The notes beneath the pieces were generated by a model. It was not told where the DNA came from. It did no database searches and saw only the letters and a program-made list of their open reading frames with translations. Of a stretch of DNA of 64,000 nt, positions 49,897 through 63,638 are shown one piece after another (positions within the stretch are counted from its first letter, which is position 1; every line of letters begins with the position of its first letter). Both the position numbers and the translations under genes were made by a program. Origin of the DNA: Octopus vulgaris. Taxonomy: Eukaryota. The DNA lies in NCBI GenBank assembly GCA_951406725.2, contig OX597832.1, forward strand, positions 7,130,001 through 7,194,000, given 5' to 3'.

Positions 49897-52800
49897 GTAA
49901 GTAATTTGCTGAAGAGACTAGCTTTAAAAAAATGCTAATTTCCTTGTTCAAACTACGAAGTTACATAAAATCTGCCCTAAATATATGCCTTAACTGTAGA
50001 TATTGAATCTCTGTCGTCGATTAACTATGGGACATTTAACCAAGAACAAAAATTTAGATTCTATGTAACTGCTCTCATTAACTAAAGCAGTGTGTAATTT
50101 ATAAATGTCATGGGTAATATGAAGACTACTATTTGATTGTTCCGTTTTGGATGTGTGTATATATACATATCTATATATATATATATATATATACACATCG
50201 GGCAGTTTTCCATAAATCAGAAAAAAGCACAATCTAAAGAAAATTTTATGCGGTTTTACTTTTATATAGTAGAGGAGTATTATATTCCTAGTTATTCTTT
50301 ATATCCAAGAATACACTACTCGACCGATCTATCTATCTATCTTTCTATCTACCCATACACTGGGCTGGTATAGTTTTGAATTATTGTAGATAAAATAGGT
50401 CCCGTTCTATATATTGTGTATTAGTAAAATTTTTTATATATTGTGTGAAGAAAACCGTGACCATGTATACCCATTATATTGCCTAATAGAGTATATAGCG
50501 TATTTGTGTTTGTACATCCGTGTGTGTCTGTCTATCTATCTATCTATCTGTCTTTGTGTGTGTGTGACCTGTTTTCGATTTCCAGTCAGAACCGCATTAC
50601 TCCACTCAGAACTTCAACACCTCATTTAAGTGGGGGGAGAGGGAAGGGTTAGGGTTAGAGAGGGGCTCTATGAATGTTACAAATACTTAATCATCCCCTC
50701 ACTCTCTTAAAATAAAATTTAGATGGTTCTCCAAATTGAAATTTTTAAAAATTATCCAAAACTAATAAAATAATTATATTACTGTTTTATTCGTTTCGTT
50801 TTCCAGCCAATTACTATTTGGTTTCATTTACGTTAATATTAAATTTCATTAAAAAAAAAAAAGAAAGACCTGGACATCACATATAATCTCATTTTTCTTT
50901 CATCCATTCACTCCATTGTAAATCTTAGCTCCACTCGTGCCTATGTAATTTAAAATCGTTAATCCGACTACCACCTGTTTACTACTGTCGTTATAGTTGT
51001 TCTTTCTTCCTCTACCTCACTTTTGCACCGTCACCACCTGCTAGAAATAATAGTCAATCTCTTTCATTAATTCAATCACAAGCGAACTGGAATTGTATGT
51101 GTATGAGAGAGAAAGAGAGAGAGTCAGTCTTCAGATGTATTCTTTTTTTATCCAATATTTCTCACATTTTCTCTCTCACTCTCTCTACACATAACTACTT
51201 AGACCTTTCATTTAAATGCCTGTATTCCCCCTCTCTCTATGTATGTGCTCGGGGTGCATGTATGTACATATATATAATTACCGAGACCATAGGGTTTATT
51301 TAAGTGTTAGCGCATTTGTATGGCCGTGGATTTACGACCATTTACATAATGCTTATTCTTTCTCTTTTCCTTAACTCGTGACTAGATTGTGCCTCAATAT
51401 TTTTTGCTCAGTCATGCTTCACTCCTATTGTTTGCGTGTGTGTGTGTGTATGTATATATATATATATATACACACACACACATTTGTTTTTCTTCTTGTA
51501 ACCTACTATCGTTATTAATAACAATATCTATATCATTTCAACATGGACACAAAGTCACATATTTGGGTGCTAGGTGGGAGTGCTTAATTAATCACATCAA
51601 CCTTAATTGTTTGGCTGGTACTTTATTTTTATCAATCGCAGAAGAATGAAAGTTGAAGTTAACGTAGGAAGATTTGAACTCAAAACGTAGAGTCGGAGCA
51701 AATATTAGAAGCCATTTTGTCCGACGCTCCAATGATATTGCCAATTCACAAAAATAATTTTTTGTACTGGCCAGTTAAATCGACTTAGTACGTGATTGAT
51801 ATTCTGTTTTGTCATTTTCGGAGGAGGAAGGGAAAAGTTGACTTCGGTGGGATTCGAGCGCAGAATGTAAAGAGGCGATTGTAATACCGCATTGCATTTT
51901 ACCCTTAACTGTGGTCCGTGGCCATGGATTTTGAAGGAAAGTATTGTGGACTCAACTCTTCAAGTCCTAGAGTTCTTGCAAGTGCTTGGCTAGAAGTATA
52001 TTTTATCAACATCATTGGAATTTGAACTCTGAACATAAAATGTGATATACCTCAATCTATTAATCTACTGAATAATATGTTTCTAACATTATCACAGTTT
52101 ATCAACTTCTCTGAGGAGGGCTAATGTGACGATCGGCTATGTCTCCGGAGCATTTGGAAACGTTAAGAACAGTAAAATAGGTACAACCAGAGATTCGAAC
52201 TCAAATCTTCGTGGCCTTTATGTATGCCTTATCAACAGGTATTATCGTTCAGCTGCGAAGAAGTAAATATAAGGCTTTTATTTCATTTTCTTGTTTAGCA
52301 CCCACCCCATCTACCCAAACAGTGTGCATTCAGGGTCACATCAACTGTACACATTCTCTTTTAAGACTGTAGGAGAGAAATTTTTACTGCTGTTGCTAGC
52401 AGCTTTGGATGGTTGCTTTGACAGGATTTTTAATACCGGAGACAGACCGCAAGTGCAGAAGAACCCGCAGAAGGTGCATCCTGCTAAGAAAGATAACGAA
52501 TCTTTAAGTTTACAAATTCATGTTTGCATTACAACGTCAGTCTTCCGGTTTCAAGGTTTATTCATATGGATTTAGAGACAACTTCGTCAGCGAAAGTGTT
52601 TCCCCACCCGCATTCAAATAAATGTGAAACTGAATGGAGCCGCTCACTTGGACTGGTAGCGTGCATCAGCTTTGTTGGATGTTGATGTGTAGCTCTTGTA
52701 TTTAAAAATCGAACCTTCACCTCTTGACTACCCTCATTACATAATTGATTGTTTCCATATAGCCAAGCCTTTGTGTTAATAGGAGAGGAGAAATTAGATT

Positions 52801-54610
52801 ATGTGGCGTTCGTGCCTTGTTAGAGGAGATCATTGAAATTACCAAAGTGAAATGGTCATATATTTTTTTTAAAACGGTAGTGTGTGATTCAGGGGAGATT
52901 CGATTGCAATTTTTCATAGCATGAACGGGCAACCATGGAGAGACGATTCTTTCATTAGTTCGAGCTATTAAACGTTATTGACAGGAGGTTGGCACAAGTG
53001 GAAATCCTTACCTATTAAACAGACACCAGAAATAATAATTACGACGTTCAAGGCTCTTTTCCATTTACGGCATGTGGTGCTAATTTTATAGATTCAGCAC
53101 AACAGAGACGGAGAACATTAAACCTCAAGAAATATATTTGATGTTAAGATATCGTTTATTTCTGGTAGTTATTTTAATCGATCTTTCTCCTACTACTACT
53201 ACCAACAAGAATTGATGAAAGTGATTGAATGAAATAAACGGCATATTAAGTATTGCAGTCAACGCCAAATACGTTACTCGTTTTCGACTCCAGAATTACG
53301 GCTCTACTACTAACGTCTTATATTATTTCACTTCTGATTATAAACCTGCTTGTATTGCGTGTGTTCAATCATAAGTGTGATATAGTCTTCGATTATGATA
53401 AACATGCATATACAACGCTCGTATGTTCATGTTAGTACCTGTGTACTGGTGTGTTGTTGTTGTTGACTGTTTGTGTGGGCTTTTTCGGTATGATCGCAGT
53501 GATTGATTGATTGATTGTATGGGCGATTGGATTTGTGTTTGGTTTTGTATATGTGCATGTAGCAAGAGCCGTGATCTTTTTCTGTTTCGACGGTGTGGCT
53601 GTATCGCAAGATGTTTCTTTACTAACCCGCGTTGTTCCGGGTTCTATTCCACAGCGTGGCATCTTGAGTGTCTCCCGGGTCGACCAAAGCCTTGTGAGTT
53701 GATTTGGTAGATGGAAACTGAAAAAAAGTGCGTTGCGTGTGTTTGTATTTGTCATCCTCCCATCGCTTGACAACCGATGTTGGTCTGTTTACGTCTCCGT
53801 AATGTAGCGGTTTGGCGAAGGAAATTGATAGAAAAACATATTTATCAGGCTTAAAAATATATGTACTGGGGTCGATTCGTTCGATTGAAAGAAAAAAGCC
53901 TCCAAAGCGATACCCCAGCATGACCGCAGCCTAATGACTGAAACAGGTAAAAGATAACAGGTATCTTGGGTGGTGTGTCATGGTAAGTTATTTGTACAAA
54001 TATGTACATGAGATAAATGCATCTTACTCTCTGGGTGGTGCAATAGATTTTGAAAGTCTGTAGGTAATTATGAGTTTGTTTTTCTTTTTTAGTTGTTTGA
54101 GGGCTAATAGGATGTGAAAACATTCATTTGTACATAAATTACAGGACTGGCAGCAACTGCGGTCTTATAGTGGTTTTGGTAACATTATTCATTGAAGCTC
54201 GTGTAGTGTGTGGTTATCACTGTGATGCCAAATGTGTAAGGACAATGTGACATTTAGGATTCCAGAATATATATTGGTGCTAGTTAAATGTAGTCTTAAA
54301 TTTCTTGATGGTGATTCTAATGTACACTCTGTTGGCTGAGTTGTGTTTTGATATTGCATTTATAGAGAATATTTTCCTCTGTGTGTGTGAATATGTAATG
54401 GTGTGGGGGTGTCAGTTTATTTGTGTGTATATATACATATATATTTAAACAATGTCTACTATATAAATGCGGGTGTATGAGATTAACCCTGAAAAGCTCC
54501 GAGACAGTGCGTTCTCGAGAAAAACGAATTTGATTTTCGAAATATGCCCCCTCCCCAAGAGGGGTCCATAAATTGTAAGAAAAAATATATCATTTGCTGT
54601 GAGAAATAAC

Positions 54611-56493
54611 CAGGGCCAGCTCAAGGTACCGGCAACTCGGGTAGTCGCCCGGGGCATCATGGAGGGCGTGACAAAGACAAGGAAACTTCCACGACCGTCA
54701 GCTTGTATACGCTGAAGTTCAGCTTGCCCGGGGCGCAAAATGTTTTTCCACGAGAGTTCCGGACCCCAGTAATGAACTCATTTGCATGCAACCAATCAGA
54801 GCAGAGCCACCTTTATCCTTTCTAGTCAGCACTGTGCATTCCTTACTCTTTCCCTCTCTACTTGCAGACAGCAACCTTTTGGTCACTATCGAAATTTTTT
54901 TTCGCTATCTCTATAAGTACTACTGTCTCTCTAACTACCTGTCGGGCAAACGAATAAATATATGTAAATATTTCTTCCTTCTTGGTGTTGATCCTTCTAT
55001 GTTCACTGGTTATTCTGACGTTGGCACATTAATACACTTGCCCAAACTGAATTGCTGGAGTTATTAAATTTTTTCCAGAAAAATGTTTTTAAAAAGTTAT
55101 AGAGGTTTAAAGTTTGATCATTTTCATCCAGTCAAGAAGCAGAATTTGGAAGCTGTCATTTTGTGTGTGACAAAATAGCACATGTTGTCAATATTTGTAA
55201 ACAAGACGTGAAATGTTTGTTAATTTAAAATAGAAAAAGCATGAATGTGTGTCTGTGGCTTACGATTGAGTAAAATTTCCAAAATTTTCAAACTCTAATT
55301 ACTAATAACTATTTATTGATTCATAGTGAAAACTACTTTCACTTTATTAATTGGCCTATAAAAGTGTATCATTACACGGAATATGAAATCAATTCGAACA
55401 GAAAATTGACGCTGGCAACCAAACAAAAAGATCAAAAAAGAAGGAAAAAAAAACGAAAATGTGTGTGTACTAAAAAAATTTGCTGAGTACTATTATATTA
55501 TTAATAGTAAATTATAGATCTATTTATTATAGTTAACTGGACCCGTGAAAAATTCACGGAAAATATAAAAAATGTAAGCATTAGGATGTTGACAAAATGT
55601 GCAGTTACGCACAAAATGACGGCTTCCAAATCATGTTTCTTGTCTGGGTGGAAATGATCAAACTTTAAACTTTTATAACTTTTTAAAAACATCTTTCTAG
55701 AAAAAAAATGAAATTACTCCAGCAATTCAGTTTGGGCAAGTGTTTTATTGTGACAACGTCGGAGTAACTAGTGAACATCGAATCAATACCAAAAAGGAAG
55801 AAATATTATTTACATATATTTATTTGTTTGCCCGACAGGTAGTTAGAGAGACAGTAGTACTTATAGGGATAGCGAAAAAATTTTTCGATGGTGACAAAAA
55901 GATTGTCGTCTGCCAGTAGAAAGGGAAAGAGTAAGGAATGCAAGGTGCTGACAAGAAAGGATAAAGATGGCTCTGCTCTGATTGGCTTGTATGCAAACGA
56001 GTTCATTACTGGGGTCCGGAACTCTCGTGGAAAAAAAAATTTTGCGCTTGCATACAACCAATCAGAGCTTACTTTGATTTTGTTGTCAAGTTAACAAACA
56101 CACTCTACCAAGTAAACTCAAGACGAAGAACGGTGTTGTAAGCAATGCTTGATTTTAGAAGATAATTAGATTTGCATCTATAGCTGTTATCGGATTTTGT
56201 TAGGGCCCCATATGGTAAAGATGTGGATGGGAAAAAGTACTAGCAACCCTTTCCCCTTACTGTTTTACAAAGTAAACAACAACACAAATAACTACGCAGA
56301 GGCAGCCATGGTTGGAACAAGAACAAGCGTTATTAAAAGTGAAAAGAAGCATGGTCATTCCTTACTCAAGTGACCTTATTGCCCATCACTTATGTGCTCA
56401 TAAATTAGTTTGAGCTCTGATTGGCTGTATGCAAAGGAGTTCATAACTGGGGTCCGGAGCTCTCGTGGGAAAAAAATTTCGCGTCCAGCCCTG
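54611..56493. mobile_element. 1.9 kb non-autonomous hAT-type element with a large internal inverted duplication
   Basis: CAGGGC...GCCCTG termini, perfect 8-bp TSD GAAATAAC (54603-54610 and 56494-56501), and internal arms at about 54733-55195 and 55585-56047. Confidence 0.82.
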
Positions 56494-56838
56494 GAAATAA
56501 CTCAAACTTTCAGATCGACAACTCTCCTACTATCACCATCGGTCTCTCTCTCTATTAGTTACTATATTATTTCTCATGCATTGCTTTCAGTTTGTTTTAA
56601 AACTTGTTTAGTTTCATTTTATCACGGCTGTTACGCACAAACCCTTTTCTCTGATTGGGTAAAAATGAGGAAATTTTAAACCTTTGTTCCATTTTTCTGA
56701 ATTACAAACTCTGATTCCGCATGAAAAAGTACAACAATATACTGAATTTGAAAATTTTCACTTAATTTATATCTATCTACCTACCTACCTAAACCCACCC
56801 ACCCATATATTTGTAGATACGCTTGTATGTATGTGATA

Positions 56839-57231
56839 TCTTTATATATAAAAGAGAGGTTGTATGTCTGTCTCCTACGATTTAGATTCCTTACTCCCAC
56901 ATTTTGCGGTGCAGTTTAACCAAAAGCGGGTATCTTATAGTCGTGATTCATATCGAGCCCTTCTGGGTATTAGCGCGCGTCTACGATGAGTCTACGATTT
57001 AAAAAAATTTACCATCATTTTTTTCCATTTTAATGCATTTTTTCGCTATTATATAAGGGAAGTAACTCTCTAAAAATGTCTACGATGAGTAAACGATTTA
57101 AAAAAAAAATTACCATTATTTTTTTCCCATATTTAATGCATTTTTTGCTATTTTTTGGCTATAACTCTCTAAAAATGCTTATATAGTTATTTCCCCTTAC
57201 AAACCCGAGCAACGCCGGGCGATACTGCTAG
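56839..57231 (+). mobile_element. Non-autonomous Helitron
   Basis: A|TC 5' end, subterminal hairpin CCCGAGCAACGCCGGG, CTAG|T 3' end, no TSD, and an internal ~90 bp duplication. Confidence 0.8.
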
Positions 57232-57935
57232 TATTCTATATATATATAGCACAAACACTCACTCCACCTCTCGTCGCATTAACACGCGTTTTAATGTATA
57301 AGGATTGGTGTAGCCTCTCCACACACCGTTTAAAAACGGCTTCAATGATAATTTGTTCCTAGTTCGTGGGGTTTTTGATGATATGGTTAATTGATTTCGA
57401 GCTACTTTTTTTAAAAAACCTTATTTTAATACATTATCACAAAAAACACTAAGGTTAATCATACTGTTGTTAATTGACATATTTACATGCTGTGTCACAG
57501 CTTTCCTGTTGACTTTGTTCGCAAAGTCAACGGGTGAGTCTACGTGCTCGCCGACCTGTTAGAAATAGCAACCAAATCTCCAACAACACTTATTGATTAT
57601 AGATCTGCTTCATTAGGGTTGATTAAAGTCAGAAGTGAATTCTAGATTTCCATCTTGCATAACCACAAGGTGAAAAAGTTAGTACTTTTACTGACTTCAG
57701 TGGAATTTGGACTTAAAACATAAAAGGCTCGTGATTTTGCCTCATGCTGCACCAGTTCTGCCGTTCCACCACCCTCAAATGTTAAAATATTGTCTTATTT
57801 GGGTACATCGACCAGATTTTGAGAAAGGGAGCAGTTAATGATATCAACCTCAACACTTGGCTCGTACTTTATTTCATCAACTTCGGAAGACTAAACAAAG
57901 CAAAGTTGACTGCGTTTTCTAACATAACCTATTGA

Positions 57936-58213
57936 GTACATTATTTACATTTGACGGATATTTGTCCTCATCTTGTTTGTTGTTAACACAACGTTTCGGC
58001 TGATATACCCTTCAGCCTTCATCGGGTGTCTTGGGGAAATTTCGAACCTGAGTTGAAAGATGAGCTAGTTTGTGATGGAGTTTCTCAATATGTCTCCATT
58101 GAAGTCTAATGTCGGCCGAAACGTTGTGTTAACAATAAACAAGATGAGGACAAATACCCGTCAAATGTAAATAATGTACATAATCCCTCATCTCTTAAAT
58201 ATAGAACTGTATT
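57936..58213. mobile_element. Fold-back hammerhead element with 12-bp TSD and 34-nt tail
   Basis: Arms at 57936-58000 and 58114-58179. TSD ATAACCTATTGA at 57924-57935 and 58214-58225. Hammerhead-like motif at 57985-58030(-) with CCGATGA. Confidence 0.82.
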
Positions 58214-58687
58214 ATAACCTATTGAAGTTTGGTAAACAGTTTAAGATTAAATTGAGTCTAGTCTAGTACGTTAGTGGTATTGTTGTTTAACCTCGGCTCA
58301 GTCTTGATTGAACATATCTACGATCAAAGACATTCTAACCAGAATCATGCCGTCGTGCAAGAGAACCCAGGACCACTTTATTTATTGTGGCCTCTTTTCT
58401 GAGATTGTAAAGACGTGATTTGGGGTATATTTGGCAGCTATTTTTAGCATCCCTATTGATTACGCTGAAACTTTCTAGTTACAACTGATACATATTTGAT
58501 AGAGGTATTTAGGCCCACCGATTTATGGAACTAGGAAATAGTAGATTGAGATGGTTTCAGCATATTACTGGTACTTAATCGACCCTCTGTATGGTAGTTT
58601 TGTTAACTTATTTTAATTATGGGCTTTTATCAACGCAGCCAGTACTGTTCGGGAAGAATAGCGATCACTGATTTAGTAAGACTTGAT

Positions 58688-58772
58688 GGCGAAGGTAAAG
58701 AATACGCACACCCGGTGTTTAGGATCAGTGTTACGCCGGAAACGGGTGGTGTGCGTATTCTTTATCTCTTCC
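58688..58772. mobile_element. 85-bp GG-terminated mini-MITE (Merlin-like)
   Basis: TAAAGAATACGCACAC / GTGTGCGTATTCTTTA inverted repeat with an 8-bp TSD, GACTTGAT. Confidence 0.7.
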
Positions 58773-59779
58773 GACTTGATATACCCGAGGCTGTACCCTG
58801 TCTGTTTATCTTACGGAAGTAATCAAATGTGTATAATTGACCCCTCTTCTTCCCCTTTAACAATATATAGAAAGGAGTCAAGCCCAAACAGAAATTGGGT
58901 TCTCATGAGGGCAAACGGCTCGATATATAAACAAATACACAAATTGTATGCGTTGTTGTTAGCCACTTGGCTACGTCTTTTTCCGTATGTATGTCATATT
59001 GCTTGCTTTCCCGGTGTGTGTATGTAACTAAACAGCTAACGACCTTATTGTGTGCACGCGTTACACATCTGGCTATCTCTCTGTAAAAGCATTTTATTTT
59101 ATGTGTATGTTAGGTGTGTTCGCTACTTATTGTTGAGGATTTGACAATGTCAGTCTGTGGAAGGGCCGAGTCTGACAGTGTCTGACAGTTGGTTGGTGAG
59201 GTTTGGAGAATGGGTGTTTTGTGTGTGTGTGTGTGTGAGTGAGTGAGTGAGTGAGAGTTCATTGGTGTCTGGAGGAGGACGGGAAACTACAGTAATTGGG
59301 GGAAACTAAACGAACATCATCCTGTCCAACAACTTCCGCTCCCTGTGTCGTCTTTTGTGTGTGAATGCTCTGACGTACTCGAAAACTAATTACTACATTA
59401 ACGCTGTAACATTTTCAGACCACCACCTCTGCAAATGTTTCTTTCCTTTTGTCTCTTCGTCTGCAAGTTGTGCAGTTAGTTATCCTGGTGGTGGTGACGG
59501 AGACGGATGTCTTAGACAACAGGTTTAAAGTATGTCATGTTTTGTTGAACTTGTGTAATGGAAACGCTGGGCTGTACACTCTCAGCCTTTCATTCACACG
59601 TTCTCTCTTCGTTCTCTCGTGTGAGAAAGCGACTGGGTAGTATTAAAGGGTTGTAATATTGTGGGTTTTATGTGTGTGCACAGGAGGAATTTGCCAAACA
59701 AGTTAAAGAGGTGCTAAACGTAGCGTCCAGAGAAACGATCATAGTGACAACCGAGAGCTGAGCGAACTGGACGAAGTAT

Positions 59780-60149
59780 GGATCTTTTCCTTTTGAACGG
59801 CAGTTTTCAACACAATTTCTAGTTAACTAAACACTTTAAAACTTCGTATACTGGTAGAATGTGTCAAAATAAAACATTGTTTTCTCTTGGCTTTCTTGAG
59901 AAAATTGTAATTTGTAAGTTTAACGTAGTTTAATTTTTGTCTCAGTTTTAGACGCAGCACATGATTTTAGCTCAATAGAGGCCATTGATTGGTTAAAATT
60001 CGAAAAATTAAACTCCGTTAAACTTACAAATTACAATTTTCTCAAGAAAGCCAAAAGAAAAAAATGTTTTATTTTGACACATTCTACCAGTATACGAAGT
60101 TTAAAACTAGAAATTGTATTGAAAAGTGCCATTCAAAAGGAAAAGATCC
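59780..60149. mobile_element. Merlin-like MITE related to 43650-44058, almost fully palindromic
   Basis: TIR GGATCTTTTCCTTTTGAA, TSD CGAAGTAT/CAAAGTAT (7/8 match), arms of about 150 bp. Confidence 0.8.
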
Positions 60150-61054
60150 CAAAGTATCCCGAAAATAACATCTGAACGACATTCTGGGAAATTCCATGAC
60201 TTCCAGATTGTCTGATTGTTTTTGTTATATTATCAATTTCTTCCATGGTTCGAAGAGTGATTCTATTTTACAGAACGTTTTTATTCTTTTCTTTTAGTGG
60301 AAAATTTCACATTTCTGTAGACATTTCAAATATCAGCATATACTTGTAGGCATAATAATTGTTTTTAAGAGTTCTAGCTAGGCGATAGCTTGTGCAGGGT
60401 TATTAGTGCGTGGGGCAAAAATCCCTATATTTATTTGCTTGAGCTCTTAACCTTGAGAGTTAAACTCTTGCTGAGGTTGACCATATCCTTTTTATCATTC
60501 TGAAATCAATGTAATAAAGTGCCAGTCTGTTGCGATTGTTTGGTAGAATTGTTAGAGTTTGGAAGTATTTGTTCTGTCACTTTGTGTTCTGACTTCCTTT
60601 ATGATGATAATGGTGCCAAGTTGAATTGGGCCTTGCTTTTCTCTTGGACATAAGTTGCATTGAGAAGAGAAACCTGTAGCACCAACTGCTGGTCTTCTAT
60701 GAAGAAACTTTACCAAAGTATACACTTGAGTGAAAAATATTGCAGGTCCATGGTCAGTGCTGACTGACAGAGGCGTCAAGATGGTTTTAGGAAGGAGGGA
60801 CAAAGTCCATGATCTGAACAGATTCTTTCTGGATTTAGAGCTCATGCAATTGAATAGCAACAAATTGAAATTTGTAAGAAAAACATAGATGAGGACAGGG
60901 AATTCTTGGGAGTTGATGCTCTAGAGTAGAAGGATGTCAGTCCTGAAGGAGAGAGAGACAGACAGACAACATGGATGAAGGAGGAAGATAGATAACTTTG
61001 TTGGTTGGATTTGAAGGGAAATGGTATATATTATTACTACAATAAACTTATGAA

Positions 61055-61370
61055 ATCTGACTGGCACTCCACCGGTTATGGTGATTGATGAGTGATCCAG
61101 TTGATCTGCTCAATAGAACTGCTTGCTGGCAAAAGTAACTTGCAAGTGGCTAAGGACTCCACAGACACGCGTGACCATAATTTAGTTCTCAGGGAGATTC
61201 AGCATGACACAGAATGTGGCATGGCTGGCCCTTTGAAATATGGGTGCTATTCAATTGTGCCAGTTGAGTGGACTGGAACTATGTGAAATAAAGTGTCATG
61301 CCGCTGGGAATTGAATGCCTGATCCTATGAGTGTGAGCCAAATATCCTAACCATTAAGTCACATGCCATC
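61055..61370 (-). mobile_element. Diverged tRNA-derived SINE (family D)
   Basis: Reverse-complement head GGCATGTGACTTAATGGTTAGG...GCATTCAATTCCC. Confidence 0.55.
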
Positions 61371-63638
61371 ACTAAACTTATGAAATAATATTATCTAGAA
61401 TTATAGGCACAGGGTGGCTGTGTTGTAAGTAGCTTGCTTACCAGCAACATGGCTCTGGGTTCAGTCCTGCTGCATGGCACCTCGGGCAAATGTCTTCTAC
61501 TATAGATTCGGGCCGAGCAAAGCTTTTTGAGTAGATTTGGTAGACGGAAACTGAAAGAAGCCCGTCATGTATATATATATACTGTGTGTGTGTGTATATG
61601 TTTGTGTGTCTGTGTTTGTCCTACCAACATCGCTTGACAACCGATGCTGGTGTGTTTACGTCCCCCGTAACTTAGCGGTTCAACAAAAGAGACCGATGGA
61701 ATAAGTACTGGGCTTACAAAGAATAAGTCCTGGGGTCGATTTGCTCCACTAAAGGCAGTGCTCCAGCATGACCGCAGTCAAATGACTGAAACGAGTAAAA
61801 GAGAATAACAGATAATCAAAGCTAATGGTACTTTTGAAAATCATTGTCAGGAATATTGCCATCATCGTGCCAGCTTGTTTATGTCTGCAACTACCAGTTG
61901 TAAACTGAATGCCAAGCATATAACGTGAAATGCCTGGTGCTGTATTTTAAACATTTTATTCTTTGTCACATATTCCATCATAATGTTTAAAGTTACTGAA
62001 GAAGAAACAACAAAAGAGACAGAAATTTTATACTACAACAGTAGACATTAAGAAAAATGGTTATGAGGCATATGTGTAAGTTTGTTAATGCTTTAGCATT
62101 CAGATTGTTCAGTTAAAAGCAATACTTATTTATTTACATTGCTTTGGGTTAATCATGCATTGTCTTGTAGCCTTGAGATTTCAATAGTGTGATAATATAC
62201 TTTTAGAAAGTCTTTGTAGGGGAAGTGTGAGAAGTTGGATCTGGCCAGTTTTAAACATAAAACAGGTAGAATATTTGGGCCAGATATGGCCAGTTTAAAT
62301 GTGAAAGAGTTAATATGATATGATTTTGAATCATTGTCGTATCTCTTCCTCCACAACATACCTTCCAATGTCTCCTCTCTCTACCTGTCTCCACTTATTA
62401 CATTCCCCCTCTCCTCCTTTCACAATCTCACAAACTTACCCACTCACTCAACCTAACCAATCCTTGCTTCCAACTCACTCATATACACTTCCCTGTAACT
62501 TGAGTATACTCTCCATCTCATCTTCACCATCTCTCTTCTCAACCGAGATAGCCAGCTATCTCCTCTTATTGCAAACACCTATTTCTGTCCCTCTATTCAT
62601 CTAGCAAAAACCCACCTCCCTCAATACTCTTCCTCCCCTAGTTGAAGGGTCTTATCTTGCAAGCTACTTGGTGTCTTACTGCTGCTGTTGATGCCATGAA
62701 AAAAAGCACCAAGTACACTCTGTAAAGTGGTTGGCATTATGAAGGACATCCAGTTGTAGAAACCATGCCAAGCAGACAGTAGACCTTGACGCAGTCTTGT
62801 GACTTTCCAGCTCCTTCCAAGCCATCCAACCCATGCCAGCATGAAAGGAGAATGTTAAACAATGATGACAACTTTAAACAAAATTAAGAACATTATCAAA
62901 AAGCTAAAGCTTTTTAGGTTTTATATGTTCTGGCCTAATTATAAAATAGCAGAAAGGAATAGTTTACATCAACCAAACTGTGGAAACTGGACATTACTGG
63001 TGAAAACAACTGATTTACAAGTGACTTAAAGCATTCAGTCCAATATCTGATTAACTTGTTTAGGAACATAATCTTAGAGCTGATTGAATATACAATGCCA
63101 GTGAAATTGGCCTTTACTAAAAAATGTTTAGTAGTGAAAACATTGGCAGTTTGTATTGAAGCAGCTGCCAGAGGATTCAAGCAAAATAAATGGCTGACAG
63201 TTCTTGTCAAATGCATCTGCCCAACACAAGATAAAACATGCAGTGATTAAGTTCCATTGTCATACAGCCTTGAAATGAATAATGCATTTACTGATCTCTT
63301 ACTAAGCCCAAAAGAATGTGTGTTTGGATAAGGAATTTCTTTAAAATTGGTTTACTTGATAATTTGGATTTGCAGTTTGACTTTAAAAAAAAAAATTTTA
63401 AAAAACCTCTTTGATAACTTTAGAGCCTGTCCCCATGGATCTAAGTTAGTTTTAAAATGTAGAAATATTTTTGTACCTTCTATCATCCAACAGTGTATCT
63501 CCCATACAACTAATAAACCAAAATTTCGGATGTCACAATAGAAATAAATATTTGAAACCATCATCATATCTCTGACTTTTGGTGCCAGTTTGTAATTTAT
63601 GGTGTACTTGCTGCATCTGCTACCGCATAAGCTTTTAA

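Noticed and set aside
52100-52125. CTCTGAGGAGGG as SELENOT exon 2 (Sec codon)
   Set aside because: It does not encode S-U-G-Y-R/K, and there is no SelT-like downstream frame.
58695-58765. Pre-miRNA-like hairpin
   Set aside because: It is flanked by an 8-bp direct repeat with GG/CC termini and is better explained as a mini-MITE.
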